DNA from: Adineta vaga
Taxonomy: Eukaryota; Animalia; Rotifera
Length of the DNA stretch: 64,000 bases
NCBI GenBank assembly: GCA_021613535.1
Contig: CP075496.1
Span: 5,704,001 to 5,768,000, forward strand
Direction of reading: 5' to 3'
The notes below the pieces were generated by a model. It saw nothing but the letters and a program-made list of their open reading frames with translations. It searched no databases and was not told the DNA's origin. Positions 1 through 14,278 of this stretch are shown one piece after another. Within the stretch, counting starts at the first letter, position 1. Every line of letters begins with the position of its first letter. A program made the position numbers and the translations under genes.

Positions 1-2183
1 ACACTTTATTTACGTTTCAATCGAATAAAAGAAGTTTCGGATATGATCAAAAATTTGGTTGTAAGTAAACAAATTTTTTTGAAGATTAAATGTGAAATAT
101 ATATCTTTTTTTAGAATTTACAAATGTTAAGTTTAAGAGAAAATCGTATTCGTTTATTACCAGTCACTGTTGGAAATCTTGTACAGTTATTAACATTGGA
201 TGTTGCACATAATCATTTAGAACATTTACCAAATGAAATCGGTTTGAATTTTTTCTATCAAATTTCTAAATCAATATTTCTTGGTTGTTAGGAAATTGTG
301 CTCAATTAACAACATTAGATTTAACACATAATGAACTTATGGATTTACCTGATTTAATTGGCAATCTAAAAAATCTTAGTCGATTATTAATTAGATATAA
401 TCGTCTTTCGGCCATTCCATCTTCGTTAGCTAATTGTTCAAAACTTGATGAATTTAATATTGAAGGAAATAATGTTTCACAATTACCAGTTTGTTCAATT
501 CATTTGAATTTCGTGCTAATGAATTGATTTAAATTCTTTCTAGGAAGGTTTATTATCAAGTTTAATTCATTTAAATACAATCTCCTTAGCACGAAATAAT
601 TTCAATTCATTTCCGTTGGGTGGTCCAACGCAATTTACATCCGTTCATTCGATTAATATGGAATGTAACACAATTGATAAAATTCCATTTTCAATATTTT
701 CTTTAGCAAAATATTTATCAAAATTAAATATGAGAGAAAACTCGCTGACATCTTTACCATTAGGTATGATGAATAGTTCTAATTAACTTGACTAGATAAT
801 TTAAAAATAGAATGAAATAGATAGTCCTAATTATATGTGATTAAATATTCCAATGTAGCAGTGATAGATAGAAATGCTATGTTTGAGAATTAATTAATAT
901 TTCCTAAAGGAAGTATCTGACATCAGGTTTTTTTTTCCTTCTTTTCTTAATTAAAATACTATCGAAAACAGAAAGATTATGTAAATACCAACTTAATATT
1001 ATTTTGTTTTCATTCACAGATCTTCGAGAATGAAAGTCAGGGGATTATAAATGTGATCGTTGGTCGTCTTTTTTTCTCAAAAGAAAACCTTGTCAACAAA
1101 ATTCCCGAGAGATAAACAGAAAAATTATCCTTCTGCTAGCTAATCATCTTGTGAACAGAAGATGTTAATTTGTAATATGTCAGAGAACATGCTGAGAACG
1201 GCAAGAAGAGAAGCATCGAAATTCTTTCGATTACAGATTGTGACATATAGAATTATCTTGGCTAATAAAGAAGGACAAGTGTCTAACGATATAAGATTTA
1301 ATAATTAGATATGAAAAAAAATGTTATTATCTTCCTTTTAGATATTGGCTCTTGGACAGCATTAGTAGAACTTAATCTTGCAACAAATCAATTAACTATT
1401 GTACCCGAAGATATTAAGAATTTACAAAATCTTGAAGTTTTAATTATGTCAAATAATCAATTAAAAGTAAGGATGACAATATCTTCATGAGTTAATTATC
1501 TTAAAAGCCTTTACATGTATCGAGGGATTAATTCGTTAGTGTTTATACGAAAGAAAAAATATTTGTCTATTTCTTTTTTTAGAGAATTCCTCCATCATTA
1601 GGTCAATTACGGAAATTACGACATTTGGATCTAGAAGAAAATAAACTCGATTCATTACCTCAGGAAATAGGTAAATGAGCTTTTTTTCTTTAGAAATTGT
1701 GAGAAATACTTGATCAAACTTTTCCTTAGGATATTTACGTGAGCTAACACGATTAATTGTTGCATCCAATCAATTAACACAATTACCACGTTCAATTGGG
1801 TAAAAATTTTCATTTCTCTATAAAAAGAAAATGAATAAGTGTTTTTTTTCTCTTCAAAGATCTTTAACTAATCTAACACATTTAAATGTGGGAGAAAATA
1901 GTTTAACTGCATTACCAGAAGATGTTGGTCAACTGGAAAAACTTGAGCAACTTTATATAAATGATAATCCTAATCTAGATGTTTTACCATATGAATTAGC
2001 ATTATGTACAAATTTACAAATAATGAGTATTGAAAATTGTCCATTAAGAAGTTTACCACAAGAAATTGTGGCTGGTGGACCATCACTTGTGATACAAGTA
2101 TGTTTTTTTTAAACTAATTTTGATCTATTCAAATGAATTTCTTTTAGTTTCTCAAAGTACAAGGACCATTCAATTTAAATTAA
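1..2183 (+). CDS. SHOC2: Leucine-rich repeat scaffold SHOC2/Sur-8 (5'-partial, about 9 exons in window)
   Basis: Tandem LRRs across spliced exons ([71 protein letters not shown]). The C-terminus AGGPSLVIQ|[11 protein letters not shown] (last exon 2148-2183) matches the SHOC2 tail. Confidence 0.93.
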
Positions 2184-2885
2184 TATACTATGAAATCTTT
2201 TCTCTCTCTCTCTCTTTTTGTTTCTATACATGTATTAGTCAAATCCGTGTGGATTCTCTTCTTTTTTTCTTTTTGTTTCGAACCGGTAATTGTTTATGTC
2301 ACCATTTTAATTCGATAAAATTTTACTTTTGCGTTAGACATTCATTTTTCTTGCTGTTTGTATATATATATATATATACAAGTATCTGTAATCTTTTATA
2401 TTTGCAGTTATGTGCTGAGAAATGTATGATTATCAGAAGAAAAATATATGCCTTCTTTTTGTTTGTTGTTGCTATGTATCGTTGAATCAAAATGAAATTT
2501 TATTCTTATTTTGGAAAATAATCATCATATGAATATCAATTAAAAAGATTACACCATGAATCATTCTCCTAGAATAAATCAATACTATAAAAATGAACTA
2601 TTAGTAAAGGTCAATAGCTAACTAACCTTGCTAGATTAAAACTTTATGACGTTTGTTGTTACTAATATGTGTACATACTTATCATTGATAATTTTTTTTT
2701 CAATAAAAAAAAAACTTCTCGATGAAAAATCGAAATGTTAATAGCTCTCGAAATAGTCTACAAGTAATAGATGGGTAAGCAGATCGACTAGTTGTCATTT
2801 ACTTCCAGTCCATTCTTTCTCTTTTTAAAGTTTTAACAAGAGAGAAAAAGAGAATGAATTTGATCATTTATTCATTTGTATCACG

Positions 2886-4557
<1,672 letters not shown>

Positions 4558-5724
4558 ACAGTCGTTTTCTTTTCTTCTTTTATATGATAACTGCGTAGTT
4601 GAATATATGCATATACATCTAGGTTTTTGGTTTATTTTAATAAAACTATCTTTAATAATCAGTTATTAGCAATATTTGGTAATATAATCTCGATTCTGAT
4701 AATGGATAAAGACTATTGAAAATACCAAAGCTCTTATTTTCCTTGTCTTTCATTCGTTTAATTACAGTACAAATGAGTTAATGATAACTATTCTCTACTA
4801 TGTTATTGACAAAATGACACTGTTACATTGCAGATTATCGTAACAACTGTCTGCTGGTCTTATATGGTTCCTTAATAGTCTTTTACATATTTCTTCTTCG
4901 TCGTTGTCATCTTCTTTTCTTCCCCTTCTTTTGCTTATCAGATTCTCCCTTGAGGCAAAAAAACGGCATCTGCATATGTTGTCTTGAAGAGATAATTTCA
5001 ACGAAAGATGATCGTAAAAAGTCAAGTGCTTAGACTTCTTTTCTTTCTTCAATATGCTCATATTCACATCAATAGAAAAATCTATCTAAACGATAGATAT
5101 TAAACAAAGTTTTTTTCCTTCTTCTCTCGCTTTTACATTTGTCTGCTCGACGTGAGAGAATGAGTTAACCGTATTCTTTCATCTAAATAACAGGAATTTC
5201 TTATTCCTTTCATTACCGATACAAAAAAAAGAAGGAATCGTCTATTGCTTGATTAAACTCGGACAACGCGACATGCTTCTGCTAGAAACAAAGAATAATC
5301 AATACAGAATGTTCGATAGATGGACACCCGAAAACATCAATGCGCATGACGAGAGAGTTTTTTTTCTCCTTTCTTTTCCTCTGTTTTTTTTCTTGTTCTA
5401 CGTATCTTGATCTTCAGTGAACAGCTTATTCACATTGTACGACCGATAGTTTCAACAGAGAAATGCGAGAATGAGGAGAAAGAAAGAAAAAATGGACCGT
5501 AGACTGGACTCATCAATGAGTATAGAAGAAGAGAAGAGAGATGAAGAAAAAAAGGCAAAAGAGAAAAGAATGAACTTAGTATTCAGCACTACGACTACTA
5601 CTCGAACTAACAGTTGTGACGATGGAAGAGTACCGCCTGTAGATTGATAGATTTTCTTTATATATATAGTCTATCGTCGCTATCTTATCTAACTTCTTAA
5701 TTTACAGAAAAACAATCGGAAATC

Positions 5725-8700
5725 ATGCAATTAATCGCGATTTATATTTCTTTAATCATTAATTTATTCTTATGTTCTGCTGATAAACAAGATATGTCAA
5801 TTGATGAATTAAAAAAAATTAGTACGTATAATTTTATAAATATAATCGAAAAACGAATGAATATTATTTTTCATAGGTGAATCAATTGTCTGTCCATCGT
5901 ATTTATTTCGTTGTGATATTGTACAATGTTTACCTTATGCATTCGTCTGTAATGGCGAATATAATTGTCAAGATAAAACAGACGAAGTCAATTGTTCAAC
6001 AGCAATTATCAATAATGATCTATGTAATACCAAACTTTCAATCAATTGTGAACAAGATATTCTTCATAGTACACGTCTTGTGGATCATAATATTCGATTT
6101 GAATATACACGACCAATTCAAATATGTATTCAACGGTAAAATTTTTTACTTTCACTTTTTTCAATGTCATCAATGTTTGTATTCACATTTCAACTTGGAA
6201 TAATTCTAGTCATTTATCCATTCTACTGATGAGAAATAGTAGGAGACATTTGCCTTCGAGGATAAAGTTTCGAGTACTTTTAATACTTCATAGACACCTT
6301 CAATTGCTTTTTTTTTGAATTTGTCTATACTTAGAAGTTATGATTATAAAAGAATGTTTGCATACTTCGTATTAATTTAATGGATATTGATAGTTACGTA
6401 TGACACTCGACTTATAATTTTCGATTGTATTGCACATAGATCTCAGACGACAAGAAGAGAAAAACGTTTGTCGACCATATGGATTGCTTGTTTTCTTAAT
6501 CGAATTTTGAAATGAAAGAACTTAGAATGTTTGTACTCGTGATGTTTTCTTATACATCGATGGAAATGAAATTATTTTTTCCAAGAATTCTTAAATACAA
6601 ATTAACTTATTCATCTATATCTAATCAAACTTAATTTCTATATATGTCGTACCAATCAACTAACGAAGACTTCTCACATTGCCTAATCATGACTTGAAGA
6701 AAGTTCTTGAACTTTTTTAAAGCTATTTTCTTTTTTCCTTTCTATAGATCATCTGTCTGTGATGGTGTGATTGATTGTCGTAATGGTATCGATGAACAAT
6801 GTACTCAACGAAATCCATTAATAACATGTTCTCGAGATGAATATCATTGTAAAATAACGAATCGTTGTATACCTAAAACTTGGTTATGTAATGGAATTAA
6901 TGATTGTCGAGATCCATATGCATCGGATGAATTGGGTAAGTACAGAGAATGTAGATAAAAGAAAGGAGAACAAGAGATAATCAATGTTTCAATAGATTGC
7001 TCAATGGTCGTTAAATGTTCATCAAATGAATTTACTTGTCAAACTAGAAATCAATGTGTACCATCTTATGCTGTTTGTGATGGAATACAAGTAGGAATTT
7101 TCTTTCGATTGATTGATTCTTTTTTTCATCGACATTGCTATATTCAATTAGGATTGTGCGGATGGAAGTGATGAAGTTTCAAATCTATGCCGTATGTTTA
7201 GAAAATTCTAGTTGTCTTTATTTTTCTAAAAGAAAACTTTTCAATTTTCAAGGTTTTCCACGCTTTTGTACTCCTGATCAATTTACTTGTAAATCAACTA
7301 AATTATGCATCCCAAAATCAAATCTATGTGATACAATAACTCAATGTCATGATCGTAGTGATGAAATGTCATGTAGTTGTCCAATTGAAGATTATGTCAG
7401 TCAAAAATTATTCTATCGCTGTGGATTAACAGATAAATGTCTTCCAAAAGATATTGAATGTTATATCAAACATGAATGTAATACTATGATCATTGGACAA
7501 GAACATGAAGAAGATGAAAATGATGAAAATGAATGTAAGAATAAAAAAAATGAACATATCATTGCAAAAATACTTCTTCTTTTCAGGTTCACTAGCAATA
7601 TTAAATGAACCATCTTGTTTGATTAACAATACATGTTCAGATGAGAATCAATATTGTCGAGGTTATTTTAATAAACGTTGTGTTTGTCAATCAGGTTATC
7701 GAATGAATGAAACAACTGGTATGTGTGAAGATATAAATGAATGTCGAGAAAGACTTGTTTGTGATCATTATTGTATCAATACACTTGGTTCTTATCGTTG
7801 TTCATGTCATGAAAATTATCAATTGAAATCGGATAAACATACATGTATTCTTCAATCAAATCAATTTTCTTCAGGTAAGAAAAAAGAGAATATTAATTGC
7901 CATAAAAATTTGAAATAAATTATTTCATTTCAGCATCGATATTTGGTTTATTCGATAATGGAATTCATCAATTGAATCTAACAAATGAACATGAATTACC
8001 AAAAACGAAAGATTGGGGAAATAATAAAACATTACTTATGATTATAAATCATGCTTATCTAATTGATCACGATCCAGTTGATAATTATTTGTATTTTGTT
8101 GAATGTTCAACTCCAATTCGACCTGTTATTATGTCTTGTCCGAAAACACGTGGAATCTTTCGGATAAATTTAAATGAATCAATATTAAAAAAAGAAGTAG
8201 AGATATCTGTTTTTGTTTTTTTTTACCCAATGAATTTTGTTTTCTATAGTTAATTATTGATGGCCGTGATTATACATCAATTCAATCAATGGCAATCGAT
8301 TGGTTACATCGAAATATTTATTTTGTTAATACACGTTTACAAACGATTGATGTATGTCGTCTTAACGGAAGTTTCTGTCATGTTCTTCTTCATCAAACAA
8401 TAAGTGATTATTTACCACAACGAATCGTTTTATATCCAGAAAAAGGGTATGTAGATGAAAGTTATGAAATCTATTTACATAGGCTATTGATTGAACAGAT
8501 GGATTTGTTCTTTGCTTGAGGAGATGATTTCTTTCATAGACAGCTGTTCGATTAAAGAGTTTGATCATCATACTAAACATAGTACTGTAGTTTATGAGAT
8601 ACGATAAGAATATCCCACGGCGTTTTTAGTTTGACCTAATAAAAATCAACGGAAAATGTTTATCCATTTATTTAGTTTACTTTTCTACACTGCAATTGTA

Positions 8701-11700
8701 AAATCTCATGCACATCATATTTTGCGTATTGGTATGGATGGTACAAATCTCAAACTATTATTTACATTAAAAACAACGAATGATGCTGATAATCGAAATT
8801 ATCTTCGACCATTATTGACACTCGATCGAATAACACGTCATTTATATTTTTACAATGGTCTAGATCGAATTTTCACATTGAATATGCATGGAGAGATTCT
8901 TCATATTCAACATCAGGCGATTCATCGATTTCATGCATTTAAAATATTTGCTGGTAAGAAAGAAAATTTCAGTTCTTAGTTTTTATTACTATTATTATTA
9001 TGATAGATAAAATGTATAAAGTCCTAATTGATCCAGCTGATACAAATCGTAGTGAACTTCGAATTAATCCAAAACATGCCATTGGTACAACATTACTTGG
9101 TCCTGGATTTATTTTTGATCTCAATCGAGTTGTTCAAACTTTTCATAGTAAATTTTCTGTTTCATTTATATAGAAAATAAATCGTTTTTCTTTCAAGATA
9201 AATCTTCACGATTTGGCGAAGGTACTTGGTCATTGAATGCTTTACATAATCTATATTATCTTCGATATTCTATTCAAATGTATGATTTTATCATCATAGA
9301 TCCAAATGAAAGAAAAAGTAATCATTGAAATACTAATTAAAGAAAAGATATACATCTTTCTTTGTCATTCAGTGAGAGAACATCGATGTGATCAATGTGA
9401 ACAACTATGTTTTCCAAATGCAATTAATCATACAGAAATTACATGTGGTTGTGCACAATATCATAGTCTTGCTGATGATGGTCGATCATGTAAATCGAAT
9501 TGTGCTCAGTAAATAATCTTGAAAAGTGTCGTTTTTCTTTAATTGATTCATATTTTTTTTTCATTTAGACATTTTTTTAATTGTGATTTATCAAAGAAAT
9601 GTATTCCATTTTATCAACATTGTGATGGATATCAAGATTGTATATTTAATGAAGATGAAAAGAATTGTCAAGGTTTGTATTGTAAAACTTTGCTTTTAAG
9701 TTTTATAATTATTTATTTAATTAGATTTACAATGTAATACATCATCATCGTTTCGTTGTTCGGAAGACAAAAAATGTATAACCAATAATGATTTATGTAA
9801 TAATATAACTGATTGTTTACATGGAGAAGATGAAAATGATGTTATTTGTGGACATTATTGTGAATGGCCTAGTTTAAATACATGCACGAGTAAGAAACAA
9901 ATAAATAAATAATGAAGAATCAAAATTGATTGTTTTGGAAATGTTTAGAAAAATATCCAAATTTATGTTCAAATACTGAATTTTATTGCGATGGAAAGTG
10001 TGTATCGATTAGTCATCGTTGTGATGAAAATCCTTATTGTTGTAAGTAGTATATATATATATACACCTGATATTCATTTCAATTGATACTAAATCAAAAG
10101 CGATAATAATAATTGTTTAGATGATGGCGCTGATGAACCATTTGATTGTGTCAATGTTACATGTCCAAATGATTATTTCAAATGTTCAACATCAGGAAAA
10201 TGTATTCCATTGGAAAAAGTTTGCGATAATTTTAATGATTGCCCAGCAATTGAACGAACAAATGGTATCAGTGAAGATGAAACATCTCAAGCATGCAGTA
10301 GGAATGAATTTAAAATAAATCACTAGATTTTCTTCGTTGTTTGTTAAGATTTTGTATTGAATCATTTTGCTAATTTAACTACATCAACAGTTCCAGCTCA
10401 CGTATCTTGTGAATCAGCGGATCTATTTCGATGTAAAACAAGTCATTTTTGTATCAATCGCACATTTGTTTGCGAGTAAGTTTTCTTTCTTAAACTTAAT
10501 TCTCATTCGATATTTGAATACTTTTTCATAGTGGTGATTTGGATTGTTCGGATTCATCTGATGAAGAAAATTGTACTGATGATAATGGTATTCTTCCATT
10601 ATCAATTATTAAAGATTATACATGTATGAATGGTTATCGATGTGCACAACAACGACATGAACAATATGATTATGTACCGCTCTGTGTACCATTACAGAAT
10701 CTATGTGATGGTGTAGCTCAATGTCCATTAGGAGATGATGAACATAAATGGCGTTGTCGTAAGTTAAATGATGAGTTTAATGAGATTGCAAAAGGATAAT
10801 TTAAATATAGAAAATTGTACAAATTGTAATCCGACAAACAGTTTTTGTGAAATGATTAATCGTTTACCTGTTTGTCAATGTAAAAATGGTTATGTTAAAA
10901 TAGCAAATGGGTATGTACTAACTTAGAAAGAAATGATATATTTCAATTTAAAATAAAATATTTATATATATATATATATATTTTAGAAGTTGTATCTTAG
11001 ATGATAATCTATGTAATTGGTTGTATGGTACATGTGCACATGCAAAAATGTCCCAAAAAAAGGATGAATTGGATTCATGTTTAAAAAGAAAATCAACTGT
11101 ACAGATTTCTGATTGTCAATGTGATCGAGGCTATGAAATTCAAAAAGTAAAAGAGAATTTCTTTCATATCAATATAATTTCATATAAAGTTGTTTGTTAA
11201 GAATGTTAATGGTGCATCATGTGTAGTTAAAAGTAATCGTACATTGGATATAATGCTCAATCCTCATACATCGTTTCAACTATATCAACATGGCATCGTT
11301 TTTACGGTAAGGTTTATTATTTAGATGCACTTTTTTAAAACTATACCTATGAGATTTTCTAGACTGTCAGTCCTTCACATCATGTCATTGATGCTGCTTT
11401 TGTATCAACGAAAGATGATTGGTATTTATTATATACAGAACAACGAAATGGACGTGGATATATTTGGCAACAAAAATTAGATGGAATTTTCAATCCAAAT
11501 AATCGTTTACAAAATAATGCAACACAAGTATGATTGAATTGAATAGTTTTAGAAATATCGAGTTAGTCTCGATATCTAACATTTTATATAATACTAAAAA
11601 ATTCAAAAGTAGAATTTATCTTGTTTCTCTTTCCTATTAGATTTGGTCATCATCATTTTTTCATTTTACTTCATTGGAAGTTGACTGGATTCATCGTCTT

Positions 11701-14050
11701 GTTTACGTACTCTATGATGATCCATCATCATCATCGAATGGTATTGAAATTATGTATGCAAATAACGATTATACTCAATTAACTTTTGTTAATCGATTAA
11801 CTTTTTCCAATATGAAAACAATCTCATCGATTAATGTTCATCCATTACAAGGGTAAACGAAATCTTTGTCGAGTTTATTTCTTTCGGATAAAGTATTTCT
11901 TCTATTGTTTCTTTTCAGTTACCTTTATATTAGTGCATATTATGATGCACAACATTCGCTCATCTATCGTAGTTTGCTAGATGGATCAAATCTTGAAACA
12001 TTTATTAATTTATATCAACCTGTTTTGAGTATGACGATTGATTATCGTCATCCACGTTTGTATGTAATACTATCCAATGGTGAAATTGAAAGTTATGCTA
12101 TTGATTCAAGTCAACCATGGCAAACAAGTGTTCATCGTTTTAAAGGTAAGACGAACAATGAATTCATTTTTATCTGATTATTAAATATTTGAATAGATGT
12201 AAGACCTTACGCAATTGATCTTCATGATGATACATTGGTCGTAATGATTTTTAATGCTAGTGATTCAACTTATAATGAAATGTGGGTTGACAAATTTGGT
12301 AGAATTGTTACAGATCAATATCGGAAATTTAAAACACCAATGATTATTCGTTATGTACACGAATTCAAATATCCGACAAGAGAGATATCAAATAGTAAGT
12401 TACAAAATATTTGAATATATTCTTTAAATAATGCTAAACTTGAGATTGTTTAATACTTTAAAAGTTATTTTCATATGTTTCGCACATATAGAAAATATGA
12501 ATAGTATTTGTCAACGACGTTCTTTAACTATATGATTTATTTCAATCATTTTAGTGGTCGAACAAATTTGTTCAGATTCGTCATGTCCCACTGGTCGAAT
12601 ATGTATCTCAACTCCACTCTTCCGACCACTTTGTATTATTCCAGGAGGTAATATTTCCAAAAACGACAAAGCACTTCTGATTCTATCTGAATTTTTTCCT
12701 TTCATTATAGAATTAAATCTATGTGGTTCATCATGTCATACCCGTGGTATATGTTCCAATGGCCATTGTATATGTTCAAATCGAACCTATACGGGTGATG
12801 ATTGCGATATGTGTCGATTAACAGATTCAATCAGTGTTGGTTGTTTGCATATTGGAAATGATTCTCAACCACCATGTATGTGTTATTTATCTCAATCAAA
12901 ACGTCGACAAACACCTTACATATGTACAACGATGCAAAATGATCGTGGTGAAAGCGGTAAGTAAATGATTACTTTTTGTAAATCTATAATTTCATTATTT
13001 TTCATCTGTTCAGAAGTTCCATGTGATCGTATTATATCACCTATTCAACGTGACCAATGTTCACGAGGATTATTTCTTGATCCATTATGCGATGAATTAG
13101 CACATTCATTGATATATCATATCCAAACACAAACTTGTCTTTGTCGAGAATTAAAGAATAAAAAATTCAATTGTTTGAATAATGGTCTTTTAATGATTGA
13201 TGACGTTGATAATTCAACGATATGTTCGTAAGTATACAATGGAATCTACAGTCATAATCCTACAATCTTACTTGTAATCTCAATCACTCTGTATAGATGT
13301 GCACTACCATTCACTGGTAATCAATGTGAAGTCAATCTTTGTCAAAATCGATGTCAAAATAATGGTACCTGTACAATAAATGAAAGTAACATTAGTTGCA
13401 AGTAAGTAAATCTTTTCGTTCGAAAATCATCTTCATTTTCAATAAATTTAGTTGTCCAAATGGGTTTCATGGTAATCAATGTGAAATTAATCTTTGCGAA
13501 GAACAAGATTGTCAATATGATAGCAATTGTATAATAGAAAACAATAAAGCAGTTTGCCAGTAAGTTCATTTTATTTTGAAAGAAACAAATCTTTTATTTT
13601 TACACGGATATATTTAGTTGTCGAAAAGGTTATATTGGTGAACATTGTCATATTCGAATTGGTTTACAATGGCAAAGTTGGCTTTTGACAATATTTGGCT
13701 GTAGTATATTAGTTTTCATTATCTATGGTTTTGTTCAATACCATTCGAAGATAATTCGTTTGAAATATTTATTTGCTCATCATCGTCTTCATGAACAAAT
13801 TGGTTTAGAAACAAATTCTCATCATACAATGTACAGTCATTTACCAACACAAGATAATCATCATCATGATCAATTATTAGAAGATATTCTAGCTGATGAA
13901 ATTGAAATATCAACATCGATAACAGCAAGAAATAATTTTAATAATAAATCAGATGATTTTGTTGACGATCCATTCTATGTTGATGAAAAACAACCAATTT
14001 TTAATGGAGATCATCTCAATAATCGTTCAACTAATACGGGCATTTTATAG
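5725..14050 (+). CDS. LDL-receptor family protein (LRP1/vitellogenin-receptor-like), more than 30 exons
   Basis: Signal peptide MQLIAIYISLIINLFLCSA. About 6 LDLa repeats (CDG.DC.DGSDE), 2 EGF (DINEC...CINTLGSYRCSC) and a degenerate YWTD propeller (MAIDWLHRNIYFVN). Then an EGF, about 6 more LDLa, EGFs, a second propeller (LEVDWIHRLVYV), several EGFs, a TM segment (WLLTIFGCSILVFIIYGFV) and an acidic tail. Confidence 0.88.
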
Positions 14051-14278
14051 GTAGAAATTATTTTTTTTAGCCGGTGATTCTTTTTTGTCTGGCTTTGTAT
14101 TGACACATTTATTACATATGTATCTAGTCTTTTGTGTGAAAATGAAAAACAAGATCTTCGTTTGTTGATTTATATTTATGTGCTTTTTAATTGTCTTATT
14201 ATAAATTGAGTTCGTATTGCTGATTAAAAAACTTGAATCATACAACGATTCTAAGTTAGTTACTAGTATATCATCAAA

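Noticed and set aside
2120-2485. 121-aa Phe/Ile-rich ORF after SHOC2, and similar ORFs at 29406-29801, 47684-47941, 49795-50112 and 62689-62985
   Set aside because: These are translations of T-rich UTR or intergenic sequence with microsatellites, with no domain motifs or consistent splice structure.
5581-5598. TTCAGCACTACGAC resembling an RE1/NRSE half-site upstream of the LRP
   Set aside because: Only the left half matches, which is compatible with chance.
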